Source: Oscillospiraceae bacterium
GTDB lineage: Bacteria > Bacillota > Clostridia > Oscillospirales > CAG-382
Direction: 5' to 3'
Length of the DNA: 64,000 nt
Assembly: GCA_015064485.1 (NCBI GenBank)
Contig: SVSD01000001.1
Coordinates: forward strand, 24,989 to 88,988
The position numbers and the translations under genes were made by a program. Positions 27,623 through 36,931 of the stretch are shown piece by piece. Under the pieces are notes generated by a model, which was not told the origin of the DNA, searched no databases, and worked only from the letters and a program-made list of their open reading frames with translations. Position 1 is the stretch's first letter. Each line of letters begins with the position of its first letter.

Positions 27623-30166
27623 ATGGATGAAGAAATGATGAATGAACAAACCAATATAAACGGCAAAGACAAAATATTAAATACCGAAATAGAAAAAGAA
27701 GTAAAGCGTTCTTTTATTGAATACGCAATGTCGGTAATTATCGACCGTGCGCTTCCCGATGTACGCGACGGTCTTAAACCGGTTCACAGAAGAATACTCT
27801 ATGCTATGCATCAGGACGGCCTTACATATAACAAGCCCTTCCGCAAATCCGCAACTACAGTCGGTAATGTGCTCGGTCACTATCACCCTCACGGCGATGC
27901 TTCTGTTTATGATGCAATGGTTCGTCTTGCACAGCCTTTCTCGCTTCGTTACCCTCTTGTTGAAGGTCACGGTAACTTCGGTAATGTTGACGGCGATGGC
28001 GCTGCTGCTTACCGTTATACCGAAGCAAGAATGGCAAGAATATCCGAAGAAATGCTTTCTGATATTGAAAAGAATGTTGTGGAATTTATGCCCAACTTCG
28101 ACAATAAGCTCAAAGAGCCTACTGTCCTTCCTGCAAGATTCCCCAATATCCTTGTAAACGGTTCTATCGGTATTGCCGTTGGTATGGCGACAAATATTCC
28201 GCCCCATAATCTTACCGAGGTTATCGACGGTACGATTCATCTTATCGACCATCCAGAAGCCGAACTTGCCGACCTTTTGCAGTTTATAAAAGGCCCCGAT
28301 TTCCCCACATACGGTCAGATCTACGGTACTGCAGGTATACATGAAGCGTATGCTACAGGTAAAGGCAAAGTTATGGTGAGAGCGAAAGCCACCTTTGAAG
28401 AACACAACGGAAAAACCTCGATCGTCTTTACCGAAATCCCCTATATGGTCAACAAATCCGCTCTTGTTGCAAGCATTGCGGATCTTGTAAAGGAAAAGCG
28501 TGTTGAAGGTATAACGGGACTTCGCGATGAATCCGGCCGTGCCGGTATGCGTATCGTTGTTGATGTTCGCCGCGATGTTAATGCCAATATCCTTTTAAAT
28601 CAGCTCTATAAATACACTCAGCTTCAGGATACTTGTGCTATGAATATGCTTGCACTTGTAAACGGCGAGCCTAAAGTTCTTACCCTTAAGCAGATACTCC
28701 AGCATTATATCCGCCATCAGCTGAATGTCGTTGAAAACCGTCTCCGCTTTGACCTTGACAAAGCAAAGAAGCGCGCGCATATCGTTGAGGGCCTTATGAT
28801 AGCCATCAACAATATCGACGAGGTAATTTCTATCATCAGAGCTTCCAAGACTATACAGGACGCAAAAGAAAAGCTCATTGAACGCTTTGAGATAACCGAA
28901 ATCCAGTCGCAGGAAATCGTACAGATGCCTCTCGGCCGTCTTTCCGGACTTGAAATTGAAAAGCTCGTTGAAGAACTCGAAGCTCTCCATGCAAAGATCG
29001 ACGAAATCGAAGGTATACTCGCAGACGAAGCTAAGGTTTGCGAAATCGTTAAAACCGAGCTTCTTGAAGTACGCCGCAGATACGGCGACGAACGCCGCAC
29101 AGAAATCATTCCCGTCGAAAACGAAATTCTTATGGAAGATCTTATCGAGCGCGAAGACTGCGTTATTACAATCTCGCATGCCGGTTATGTAAAGCGTATG
29201 CCCGCAGACACATATACAGCTCAAAGACGCGGCGGCAAGGGTATAATTGCTATGCATACAAAAGAAGAAGATTTTGTTGAAAATGTATTTATTGCCCATT
29301 CTCACAACTATCTTATGATGTTCTCAAATCTCGGTAAGGTATTTATAAAGAAATGCTACGAGATTCCCGAATCATCAAAAGGATCAAAGGGAACAAACCT
29401 TGTAAATGTAATCGAGCTTTCTCCTGACGAAAAGATCACAGCATATATTTCTGTCGAAGAGTTTGCCGAAAGCGAATATCTCACAATGATTACAAAACAC
29501 GGTGTAATTAAGAGAACTCTTCTCACAGAATATAAAAACGCCCGCAGAAACGGTCTTATCGCGATCAATCTTGATGAAGGCGATGAACTTTTATATGTTC
29601 TCAAGACCGACGGCGAACATCATCTTACTATCGCAACCCACGACGGCCAGGCAGTTCACTTCTCTGAAGAGAAAGCGAGAACCATCGGAAGAACCGCACG
29701 CGGTGTTAAAGCGATCGAACTTGCAGACGGCGACTGGGTTGTCGGTGCAACAGCTACAAAGCCCGATGACGGAAAACAGATCCTTTCCATCACCGAAAAC
29801 GGTTTCGGTAAAAGAACAGTTCAGTCCGAATTCCCCTTGCACAACCGTGGAGGTAAGGGTGTTATATGCCATAATGTCAACGGTAAATACGGTAAGCTTT
29901 GCGGTATTGCAGCGGTATCAGAAGATGAAGATGTAATGCTTATAACCGATTCGGGAACAATCATCCGTACAAAGATAGCATCTATCAACACCTATTCGAG
30001 ATCTGCCGGCGGTGTAACCGTTATGAGGGTTGCCGAAGGTACAACCATCGTAGGCTTTACTGCTGTCGCTCCCGAAGAGGAAAAAGACGAGGAAACAGAC
30101 TCTGTTGAAAATACAGACAGCGAAAACACTGCCGCCGCTGAAGAAACAGCAGCACCTCAGGAATAA
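27623..30166 (+). CDS. gyrA: DNA gyrase subunit A
   Basis: 847 aa. HPHGD motif, [10 protein letters not shown] active-site Tyr region, C-terminal beta-pinwheel repeats and an acidic tail. Confidence 0.97.
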   Translation: MDEEMMNEQTNINGKDKILNTEIEKEVKRSFIEYAMSVIIDRALPDVRDGLKPVHRRILYAMHQDGLTYNKPFRKSATTVGNVLGHYHPHGDASVYDAMVRLAQPFSLRYPLVEGHGNFGNVDGDGAAAYRYTEARMARISEEMLSDIEKNVVEFMPNFDNKLKEPTVLPARFPNILVNGSIGIAVGMATNIPPHNLTEVIDGTIHLIDHPEAELADLLQFIKGPDFPTYGQIYGTAGIHEAYATGKGKVMVRAKATFEEHNGKTSIVFTEIPYMVNKSALVASIADLVKEKRVEGITGLRDESGRAGMRIVVDVRRDVNANILLNQLYKYTQLQDTCAMNMLALVNGEPKVLTLKQILQHYIRHQLNVVENRLRFDLDKAKKRAHIVEGLMIAINNIDEVISIIRASKTIQDAKEKLIERFEITEIQSQEIVQMPLGRLSGLEIEKLVEELEALHAKIDEIEGILADEAKVCEIVKTELLEVRRRYGDERRTEIIPVENEILMEDLIEREDCVITISHAGYVKRMPADTYTAQRRGGKGIIAMHTKEEDFVENVFIAHSHNYLMMFSNLGKVFIKKCYEIPESSKGSKGTNLVNVIELSPDEKITAYISVEEFAESEYLTMITKHGVIKRTLLTEYKNARRNGLIAINLDEGDELLYVLKTDGEHHLTIATHDGQAVHFSEEKARTIGRTARGVKAIELADGDWVVGATATKPDDGKQILSITENGFGKRTVQSEFPLHNRGGKGVICHNVNGKYGKLCGIAAVSEDEDVMLITDSGTIIRTKIASINTYSRSAGGVTVMRVAEGTTIVGFTAVAPEEEKDEETDSVENTDSENTAAAEETAAPQE

Positions 30167-30173
30167 AAATCAA

Positions 30174-30207
30174 AGCAGGACTTTTTATATCAAAAGTCCT
30201 GCTTTTT
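30174..30207 (+). terminator. Intrinsic terminator after gyrA
   Basis: 12-bp stem AGCAGGACTTTT/AAAAGTCCTGCT followed by T5. Confidence 0.85.
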
Positions 30208-30302
30208 AAGTTATTATATGATATGCACAAAAAAATTCATATTTATATGTAAAAATCTGTCAGGATATTTTCGGTTTTTTCAAAAAAAACCCAAAAAAGA
30301 TA

Positions 30303-30331
30303 TTGACAAACGAAAATAATTGTGGTAATAT
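30303..30331 (+). promoter_or_regulatory. Sigma-A promoter of the tRNA cluster (TTGACA-N17-TAATAT with TG extension)
   Basis: TTGACA 30303-30308, spacer ending TGG, TAATAT 30326-30331. Confidence 0.65.
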
Positions 30332-30381
30332 ATATGAGCGGTTTGAGTTTTCGTAACTTTTCCGTTTATATATTGATTTTT

Positions 30382-30455
30382 GCGGGTGTAGTTCAATGGT
30401 AGAATCTCAGCCTTCCAAGCTGATTGCGTGGGTTCGATTCCCATCACCCGCTCCA
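30382..30455 (+). tRNA. tRNA-Gly (anticodon UCC), CCA encoded
   Basis: Cloverleaf folded by hand. Acceptor GCGGGTG/CACCCGC. Anticodon stem TCAGC/GCTGA with loop CTTCCAA. T-arm GGTTCGATTCC. Confidence 0.93.
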
Positions 30456-30460
30456 TTTAT

Positions 30461-30537
30461 GTGCCTTTAGCTCAGCTGGATAGAGCAACTGCCTTCTAAG
30501 CAGTAGGTCGGGGGTTCGAGTCCCTCAAGGCACGCCA
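30461..30537 (+). tRNA. tRNA-Arg (anticodon UCU), CCA encoded
   Basis: Acceptor GTGCCTT/AAGGCAC. Anticodon stem ACTGC/GCAGT with loop CTTCTAA. T-arm GGTTCGAGTCC. Confidence 0.93.
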
Positions 30538-30544
30538 TTTATAT

Positions 30545-30622
30545 GGTGGGTATAGCTCAGTTGGTTAGAGTGTCAGGTTGTGGCCCTGAAGGTCGAGGGT
30601 TCGAGTCTCTTTACCCACCCCA
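30545..30622 (+). tRNA. tRNA-His (anticodon GUG) with encoded G-1, CCA encoded
   Basis: An extra 5' G pairs with discriminator C. Acceptor GTGGGTA/TACCCAC. Anticodon loop TTGTGGC. T-arm GGTTCGAGTCT. Confidence 0.92.
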
Positions 30623-30627
30623 AAGCT

Positions 30628-30661
30628 CGGCAGGTTTCGTATCCGAAACTTGCCGTTTTTT
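30628..30661 (+). terminator. Intrinsic terminator after the tRNA cluster
   Basis: Stem CGGCAGGTTTCG/CGAAACTTGCCG (one G-U pair) followed by T6. Confidence 0.85.
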
Positions 30662-30684
30662 ATTTCCTTTTTTACCCTTTGGTA

Positions 30685-30713
30685 TTGACTTTGACGACAT
30701 AAAGTGATATAAT
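30685..30713 (+). promoter_or_regulatory. Sigma-A promoter of scfA (TTGACT-N17-TATAAT with TG extension)
   Basis: TTGACT 30685-30690, spacer ending TGA, TATAAT 30708-30713. Confidence 0.7.
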
Positions 30714-30748
30714 ACTTTCGTATAAAATATTTCACGGAGGTTCTCAAA

Positions 30749-30898
30749 ATGAAGCATATTGAAACAATAGAAACTCGCAACCTTTGCGAAAGCGCAAAAA
30801 AGGGCGGATGCGGCGAATGCCAGACTTCCTGCCAGTCCGCTTGTAAGACAAGCTGCGGTATCGCAAATCAGCAGTGCGAAAACAAGGAAAGCAAGTAA
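30749..30898 (+). CDS. scfA: SCIFF (six-Cys-in-forty-five) ranthipeptide precursor peptide
   Basis: 49-codon ORF, below the track cut-off. GGAGG at 30736-30740. Hand translation MKHIETIETRNLCESAKKGGCGECQTSCQSACKTSCGIANQQCENKESK carries the SCIFF signature GGCGECQTSCQSACKTSC. Adjacent to a radical-SAM maturase gene. Confidence 0.9.
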   Translation: MKHIETIETRNLCESAKKGGCGECQTSCQSACKTSCGIANQQCENKESK

Positions 30899-30916
30899 GC
30901 TTTATTAAAAGTCTGA

Positions 30917-30942
30917 AATGCCGCCGTTCAGGCGGCATTTTT
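30917..30942 (+). terminator. Intrinsic terminator or attenuator between scfA and scfB
   Basis: 9-bp stem AATGCCGCC/GGCGGCATT, 5-nt loop, then T5. Lies 47 nt before the scfB ATG. Confidence 0.75.
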
Positions 30943-30988
30943 GAGTTTCACCTCAAGTGAATACAAAATACGAAAGGAATGTTTTTAT

Positions 30989-32374
30989 ATGATACACCAG
31001 TATCAGTTAAACGGATATAATATTGTTCTTGATATCTGCTCCGGCTCCGTTCACGCAGTTGATGAAGTTGCATACGATATCATCTCAATGTTTGAAAATC
31101 ACAACAAAGATGAAATAATCTCGAAGATCAGCGAAAAATATGCTGACCGTGAAGATATTACGGAAAAGGATATAGAGGAATGTTTTTCTCAGGTCGTTTC
31201 GCTGAAAGAATCGGGCAAACTTTTTTCTCCCGATACATTTGAGCCTATGGCAGGTCATCTTAAAGAAAAGACCTCGGGAGCTATAAAAGCCCTTTGCCTT
31301 CATATTGCCCACACCTGTAACTTAAACTGCGAATACTGCTTCGCAAGTCAAGGAAAATATCACGGCGAAAGAGCGATGATGAGCTTTGAAGTGGGAAAAC
31401 AGGCATTTGATTTTCTTATCGCGAATTCGGGTACCCGCCGCAATCTCGAAGTAGATTTCTTCGGCGGAGAGCCTCTTATGAACTTCGATGTAGTAAAACA
31501 GCTTGTCGCTTATGCCCGTTCGGTAGAAAAACAGCACGGCAAGAATTTCCGTTTTACCCTTACAACAAACGGTCTTCTTATCGACGATGATGTTATTGAT
31601 TTTGCAAACCGCGAAATGAGTAATGTGGTTTTAAGCCTTGATGGACGAAAGGAAGTCCACGACCGTTATCGTGTAGACTTTGCCGGAAACGGAAGCTGGG
31701 ACAGAATTGTTCCCAAATTCCAGAAGCTTGTCGAGATGCGCGGGGGCAAGGATTATTATATGAGAGGAACTTTCACCCACGAAAACCCCGATTTTCTTGA
31801 AGATATCAAAGAAATGCTCTCGCTCGGCTTTAATGAGCTCAGTATGGAGCCTGTGGTTTGTGCTCCCGGTGATAAATCCGAACTGACAGAAGACGATATG
31901 CCCATAATTATGGATCAGTATGAAAAACTCGCGCAGCTTATGCTTGAAAAGGACAAGGAAGGCAAGCCTTTTACCTTCTATCACTATATGATAGATCTTA
32001 AGGGCGGTCCTTGCATTTACAAGAGAATCTCCGGCTGCGGTTCCGGAACAGAATATATGGCAGTTACCCCCTGGGGCGATCTTTATCCCTGCCATCAGTT
32101 TGTAGGCGATGAAAGCTTCAAGCTCGGCGATATCTGGCAAGGAGTTACAAACAAGGAAAAGCAGGATGATTTTGCCGCTTGTAATGTATATGCCCGCCCC
32201 GAATGCCGCGATTGCTGGGCAAGGCTTTATTGTTCAGGCGGATGTGCCGCAAACGCTTACCACGCAACAGGCTCTGTCCGCGGTGTTTACAAGTACGGCT
32301 GTGAGCTTTTCAAAAAGCGTATGGAATGTGCTATTATGGTTGAAGTTGCAAGAATTCTTTCGGGTAACAAATAA
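30989..32374 (+). CDS. scfB: SCIFF radical SAM/SPASM maturase
   Basis: Track ORF (TTG 30941) trimmed to ATG 30989, which lies downstream of the terminator. CNLNCEYC (CxxxCxxC) radical-SAM cluster. C-terminal Cys-rich SPASM region (CGSG...C...CRDCWARLYCSGGC). Confidence 0.92.
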   Translation: MIHQYQLNGYNIVLDICSGSVHAVDEVAYDIISMFENHNKDEIISKISEKYADREDITEKDIEECFSQVVSLKESGKLFSPDTFEPMAGHLKEKTSGAIKALCLHIAHTCNLNCEYCFASQGKYHGERAMMSFEVGKQAFDFLIANSGTRRNLEVDFFGGEPLMNFDVVKQLVAYARSVEKQHGKNFRFTLTTNGLLIDDDVIDFANREMSNVVLSLDGRKEVHDRYRVDFAGNGSWDRIVPKFQKLVEMRGGKDYYMRGTFTHENPDFLEDIKEMLSLGFNELSMEPVVCAPGDKSELTEDDMPIIMDQYEKLAQLMLEKDKEGKPFTFYHYMIDLKGGPCIYKRISGCGSGTEYMAVTPWGDLYPCHQFVGDESFKLGDIWQGVTNKEKQDDFAACNVYARPECRDCWARLYCSGGCAANAYHATGSVRGVYKYGCELFKKRMECAIMVEVARILSGNK

Positions 32375-33708
32375 TGACAACGCCGATATGCGATTTTGTA
32401 AATGAATACATAAAGAAAAACGGCGTAAGAGCGCATATGCCGGGTCACAAAGGAAAAAAACTTCTCGGCTTTGAAGAATATGACATAACCGAGATTTCCG
32501 GCGCAGACAGCCTTTATGCCGCAGATGGCATAATTGCCGAAAGTGAAAAAAACGCCTCGGCAATTTTCGGATGCGATACATTTTATTCTGCAGAAGGATC
32601 TTCGCTGTGTATAAGAGCAATTATATTTCTTGTGCTGCAGTACGCAATGCAGTTCGGTAAAGAAAAGCTTATTTTCGCATCAAGAAATGCCCACAAAGTT
32701 CTCCTTTCCGCACTTTCGCTTACCGATATGGATGTAGAGTGGCTCCCGCCGGATGAAAGCTATCTGTCCTGCTGTCCCGACCCGGAAATGCTCGACAAAA
32801 TGCTTTCGGAAGCAAAAAGAAAACCGTGTGCAATATATATCACAAGTCCCGATTATCTCGGCAGAATTTCCGATGTTTCGAAAATTTCAAAAGTCTGCAA
32901 AAAACACGAGGTGCTTCTTTGTGTGGATAATGCTCATGGTGCATATCTTAAATTCTTGCCCGAATCGCTTCATCCAAGCGATCTTGGTGCTGATATTTGC
33001 TGTGATTCAGCACATAAAACCCTCCCCGTTCTCACAGGCGGTGCCTATCTTCACATAAGCGGGAAAAACAAAGACTTTTTTTCAAAAAATGCCAAAGATG
33101 CACTTGCACTTTTTGGATCTACAAGCCCTTCATATCTGATACTACAGTCGCTTGATGCGGCAAACAGCTATATAAATGACGGCTATTCAAAAATGCTTTC
33201 GGCTTTTTGCGATGAGATAACAAATTTAAAGACTGAGCTTGTAAAAAACGGATTTTTACTGTATGGTAATGAACCTTTAAAAATCTGTATTTGTGCAAAA
33301 TCCTACGGATACAAAGGGTATGAGCTTTCAAAGCTTCTTTCCGAGAAAAACATTGAATGTGAATTTTCCGATCCCGATTATCTGGTTTTGATGCTCACAC
33401 CGGAAAATGAAACGGAAGCGCTTTGCACAATAAAAAATGCACTTTTGTCTATAAAAAAGCTTTCCGAAATAGAGGAAAAACCTCCGAAAAGTATTTGCCC
33501 CGAAAAAGCAATGAGCATAAGGGAGGCTATGTTTTCAAAGTATGAAACGGTATCTGTTTGTGACGCTCCGGGCAGAATCCTTGCAGATGCAAATGTTTCT
33601 TGTCCTCCTGCAGTACCTATTGTCATATGCGGAGAAATTATCGATAAAAACACACTCGAAGCATTTGAATACTACAATGTCAAGTATTGTAAAGTGGTTA
33701 AAAAATAA
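32374..33708 (+). CDS. Fold-type I PLP enzyme, Orn/Lys/Arg decarboxylase family (YaaO-like)
   Basis: 444 aa. N-terminal ...AHMPGHKG... and the SAHKTLP PLP-lysine motif. Its ATG overlaps the scfB stop by 1 nt (TAATG). Confidence 0.78.
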   Translation: MTTPICDFVNEYIKKNGVRAHMPGHKGKKLLGFEEYDITEISGADSLYAADGIIAESEKNASAIFGCDTFYSAEGSSLCIRAIIFLVLQYAMQFGKEKLIFASRNAHKVLLSALSLTDMDVEWLPPDESYLSCCPDPEMLDKMLSEAKRKPCAIYITSPDYLGRISDVSKISKVCKKHEVLLCVDNAHGAYLKFLPESLHPSDLGADICCDSAHKTLPVLTGGAYLHISGKNKDFFSKNAKDALALFGSTSPSYLILQSLDAANSYINDGYSKMLSAFCDEITNLKTELVKNGFLLYGNEPLKICICAKSYGYKGYELSKLLSEKNIECEFSDPDYLVLMLTPENETEALCTIKNALLSIKKLSEIEEKPPKSICPEKAMSIREAMFSKYETVSVCDAPGRILADANVSCPPAVPIVICGEIIDKNTLEAFEYYNVKYCKVVKK

Positions 33709-33710
33709 AC

Positions 33711-33745
33711 AAAAAAACGGAAGGATTTATTCCTTCCGTTTTTGT
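33711..33745. terminator. Bidirectional intrinsic terminator
   Basis: A-run, then a 9-bp stem ACGGAAGGA/TCCTTCCGT, then T-run. Lies between convergent genes. Confidence 0.85.
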
Positions 33746-35194
33746 TTATTTTTCATTAAGAAGTCTGTCAAGCTCGACCATCATCATACAGTCGGTAACA
33801 ATTCCCTTGAAAAACGCATCAATATATATTTTTTCATCCGGCTGATGCGCCTCGCCGTGACCTTTGGGAAGCTCACAATCCGGGTATTCAAGCTTTGAAT
33901 AATCGTGAATACTCATACCGAATGAGTTTCCAAGATATCTTGCGTATGTTCCGCCGCCGCTGTAGTATTCCTTAGCATCAGAAATGCCTGTTTCTTCGGC
34001 ATACACCTTTAAAACAGCATCTATATATTTTCTCGGAGCACCCGTCACAAAACAGGGACAGTTTTCATCAATTTCGGTTTCAAATCCCTTTTCCTCAAAT
34101 GCTTTTTTGATGTTATCTATCATTTTGTCCGAGGGTATTGTCATACCATAGCGGATATCGTATTTGAAAAATCCTCTGCCGTTACGGCAAGAGCTTATTC
34201 CAAGCACATATGTATTTTTCCCAAAATGCTCATCATCTGCAAGAATTCCCGCAGCGCTGCCATAGTAATCACGAGAAAGTTCAGCCAAATCCGAGAGTAT
34301 TTTTCTGTCATTTTCACAAAGCTTTTCGCAGCCGCAAAGAAGCTCTGCTGCCATAACAGCCGCATTCTGCGAACCCTCGGGCATCGCCGCATGGGAAGAT
34401 TTTCCGTAGGATGTAAGGGTTATTAACCCCTTATCATATTTTATATCAAACGATGTGTTTTCGGAAATCTTTTCCTTTATTTCTTCAAAAAGTGCTTTGT
34501 CTGCTTTAATTTTAGAAATATGTGTTCCGATTACCGCATTCACGGCAATACCGCCTTCAAAAGCCTTTATCTGTTCGAAATTTCTTTCGGGACGGGCGAT
34601 AAAGCGCATAATCCCCTTTTCGCCGACACATACAGGGTAGCTGTTATCAGGGACAAGGCAAAGATCAGGCATTTTTTCGTTTGCGACATAATTCTGAAGA
34701 TCCTGCATCCCTGTTTCTTCGCTACCGCCGAAATATGCGATATATGAGCTTTCAAAAGGAATAATTCCCTTGTTTATCATATCCGCAATATAAATAAGAG
34801 CAACTGCAGACGATTTATTGTCTTCACAGCCGCGGCAGTACATATATCCGTTGCTGTCAATAAAAGGCTCATACGGAGCTGTTTTTATCCATTCGTCAGC
34901 CTTTACGGGAACTACATCGCAATGGCTGTAAAGTCCCATCGATTTTTCGCCTTTTTTGAGCGAAAGTGTGGCATATCCGAGATTTTCCTTTACATCCGCC
35001 TCAAAACCGAATTTTGAGGCGATATTTTTAACTTCGAATAATGCGTCATTTACATTCTTTCCGAAAACATATCCGTCTTTGCCCTCCTCCGAAACGCTCG
35101 GTATTCTGCAAAGTGTAATAAGGTCGGAAATAATTGCTTCTTTATTATCTTCGAGATATTTTTTAATATTTTCTTTGATCTGTGCGTTGTTCAT
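33746..35194 (-). CDS. M20-family dipeptidase (PepV/Sapep-like)
   Basis: 482 aa. HCDVVP and RGCEDNK metal-site motifs typical of M20 dipeptidases. Confidence 0.82.
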   Translation of the reverse strand: MNNAQIKENIKKYLEDNKEAIISDLITLCRIPSVSEEGKDGYVFGKNVNDALFEVKNIASKFGFEADVKENLGYATLSLKKGEKSMGLYSHCDVVPVKADEWIKTAPYEPFIDSNGYMYCRGCEDNKSSAVALIYIADMINKGIIPFESSYIAYFGGSEETGMQDLQNYVANEKMPDLCLVPDNSYPVCVGEKGIMRFIARPERNFEQIKAFEGGIAVNAVIGTHISKIKADKALFEEIKEKISENTSFDIKYDKGLITLTSYGKSSHAAMPEGSQNAAVMAAELLCGCEKLCENDRKILSDLAELSRDYYGSAAGILADDEHFGKNTYVLGISSCRNGRGFFKYDIRYGMTIPSDKMIDNIKKAFEEKGFETEIDENCPCFVTGAPRKYIDAVLKVYAEETGISDAKEYYSGGGTYARYLGNSFGMSIHDYSKLEYPDCELPKGHGEAHQPDEKIYIDAFFKGIVTDCMMMVELDRLLNEK

Positions 35195-35215
35195 ATGAAA
35201 AAGGGGTATTGCTCC

Positions 35216-35647
35216 TTATTTGTTTTCTTCTTTTTCGTCGTCTTTTGCGAACATATCTTTAACTTTCTCAACCATACCGGGTGCTTTGTTGATGAGTTCA
35301 TCCACAGCATTAACAATTCCGACAAAGCCTTCGTTACCGGAATATCCGCTGTTTGCATCAACATTAAGCATTTTGATATCGCCCGAACGGTTTACAACAA
35401 TGAAGCAAACGGGAGTAAGGGTAACGCCTGTTCCGCCGCCTCCTCCGAAATTTTTCGTTTTAGCTTCTTTTTTACCGTTATATTCCGCACCGGCAGAAGC
35501 AAATCCTACGGAAATTTTTGAAACAGGTACAATAGCGGTATCTTCAAGAACTGTTATGGGTTCTCCGATAACAGTGTTTCCGTCAAGCACCTTTTTAATA
35601 TTTTCAAGGGATGTTCTTATAACATCGCTCAATGGCATATCAGCCAT
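35216..35647 (-). CDS. ytfJ: Sporulation protein YtfJ / GerW family
   Basis: 143 aa with the characteristic FGGGGGTGVTLTPVCFIVV segment. Confidence 0.82.
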   Translation of the reverse strand: MADMPLSDVIRTSLENIKKVLDGNTVIGEPITVLEDTAIVPVSKISVGFASAGAEYNGKKEAKTKNFGGGGGTGVTLTPVCFIVVNRSGDIKMLNVDANSGYSGNEGFVGIVNAVDELINKAPGMVEKVKDMFAKDDEKEENK

Positions 35648-35677
35648 AATTCCACTTCCTTTCGTGTATATAGAGAT

Positions 35678-36364
35678 TTATAAAAACAAAACTTTAATAG
35701 CCGGAATAATGAGCTTTGACGCCCTTATGTGAAGAATAAGCCCGATATCGGCGCTGAATTTTTCTTTGCAGTAATCCACATCAACAAAGACATCGTCCGC
35801 AATTTTAAATCCTCTGACTTCACTGCCTACCGCATAAAGTCCTTCTATTGCGGCACACACAAGACCGTAGTATATGGCGGCATTTGCTGCATCCTTTGAA
35901 GCTACGGTTACTCTTAACCGCTTTATTTCAAGCTTTAATGATGAGCGAACCGCAGGTGCAAGTATGTTTATCTTAGCATTTAATGACCGTATAAGATTTG
36001 TAAAATGATTGATACGGTCTGAAAAAGACTTCTTTTCTTCAGGATGTTCTTTTTCGGATGCACCTCTTGCGTCTTGCTCCATAGTCTTCAATTCTTCGTC
36101 TGTAATATATTGCCCCGCTTTTTCATCTGTTGCTTTTTTACTTTTCCCCTTTTTCTTTGACTTTCTGAGAGCTTTTCTTTTTGACTTTGAAGGATCTTTA
36201 GGGAAAATTTTATACTTGAAAAAAAGCACCTTAAGATAAAGATCCATCTTTCCTGTGTCTGTATTGTAATTAAAACAAATCTTAACAATCAAGAAAGCCA
36301 CAAGTATAAGCAAAATTACAATCAGCACAAAAAGTAAGGCAAGAATATTGAAAAATATATCCAT
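35678..36364 (-). CDS. DUF2953 (YtfI-like) membrane protein
   Basis: 228 aa. N-terminal TM helix and a Lys-rich linker. Positioned directly upstream of ytfJ as in B. subtilis ytfIJ. Family assignment is from recollection. Confidence 0.55.
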   Translation of the reverse strand: MDIFFNILALLFVLIVILLILVAFLIVKICFNYNTDTGKMDLYLKVLFFKYKIFPKDPSKSKRKALRKSKKKGKSKKATDEKAGQYITDEELKTMEQDARGASEKEHPEEKKSFSDRINHFTNLIRSLNAKINILAPAVRSSLKLEIKRLRVTVASKDAANAAIYYGLVCAAIEGLYAVGSEVRGFKIADDVFVDVDYCKEKFSADIGLILHIRASKLIIPAIKVLFL

Positions 36365-36370
36365 TTGCGA

Positions 36371-36736
36371 TTACTCCCTGTGGGCAAGAAAATCTATAAA
36401 CTCCTCGGCAGTCTTGCGCTGACCGGAGGAAAGCTTTGAAAGCTTTGAGAGAATTTGTTTATCCTTTGGTGAAAATTCGTTTTTTTGCGTTTTTTCATCT
36501 TCAAAAAGACCAGCGGCAAAAATATAATCCTCGTATTCCACCCCGTTTAAACTGTTTTCGGAAAGCTTTTTTATAAGCTTTTTACCCGGAGCATTTTCCT
36601 GCTGACAAGCATAAAGCTTCCTAAGCTGAACATAGCTTATACCCGCATCTTTTGCAAAAGCACGGATACTTCTGTCGCCGCAGGCACGCCCGATAAGCAT
36701 GGAAAATATTTTTTTGTTAAATCTGTTTTCCGCCAC
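36371..36736 (-). CDS. Small helix-turn-helix (XRE-like) protein
   Basis: 121 aa. SIRAFAKDAGISYVQLRKL resembles an HTH. Ends 6 nt before the ytfI-like gene. Confidence 0.5.
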   Translation of the reverse strand: MAENRFNKKIFSMLIGRACGDRSIRAFAKDAGISYVQLRKLYACQQENAPGKKLIKKLSENSLNGVEYEDYIFAAGLFEDEKTQKNEFSPKDKQILSKLSKLSSGQRKTAEEFIDFLAHRE

Positions 36737-36896
36737 AAAAAAACTCCCTTATAAAAATATATAATTATTTTACCACAAATTTGTATTTACTGCAAGTTTT
36801 TTTATATATCTTTACTTATTTTTCAATAATATAGGGGCAAAATATCTGTGTAAAAAAGATTTTTTCAAAAAAACTCGAAAAAATTCAAAAAAAGTG

Positions 36897-36925
36897 TTTA
36901 CTTTTGGAATATTTTATGATATACT
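36897..36925 (+). promoter_or_regulatory. Sigma-A promoter of rpsO (TTTACT-N17-TATACT with TG extension)
   Basis: TTTACT 36897-36902, spacer ending TGA, TATACT 36920-36925. Confidence 0.6.
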
Positions 36926-36931
36926 TAATTC

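Noticed and set aside
30382-33745. The tRNA cluster as an integration site for a genomic island carrying the SCIFF genes.
   Set aside because: There is no integrase or recombinase, no direct repeat of a tRNA 3' end, and no compositional break. From recollection, SCIFF loci are core genes in Clostridia.
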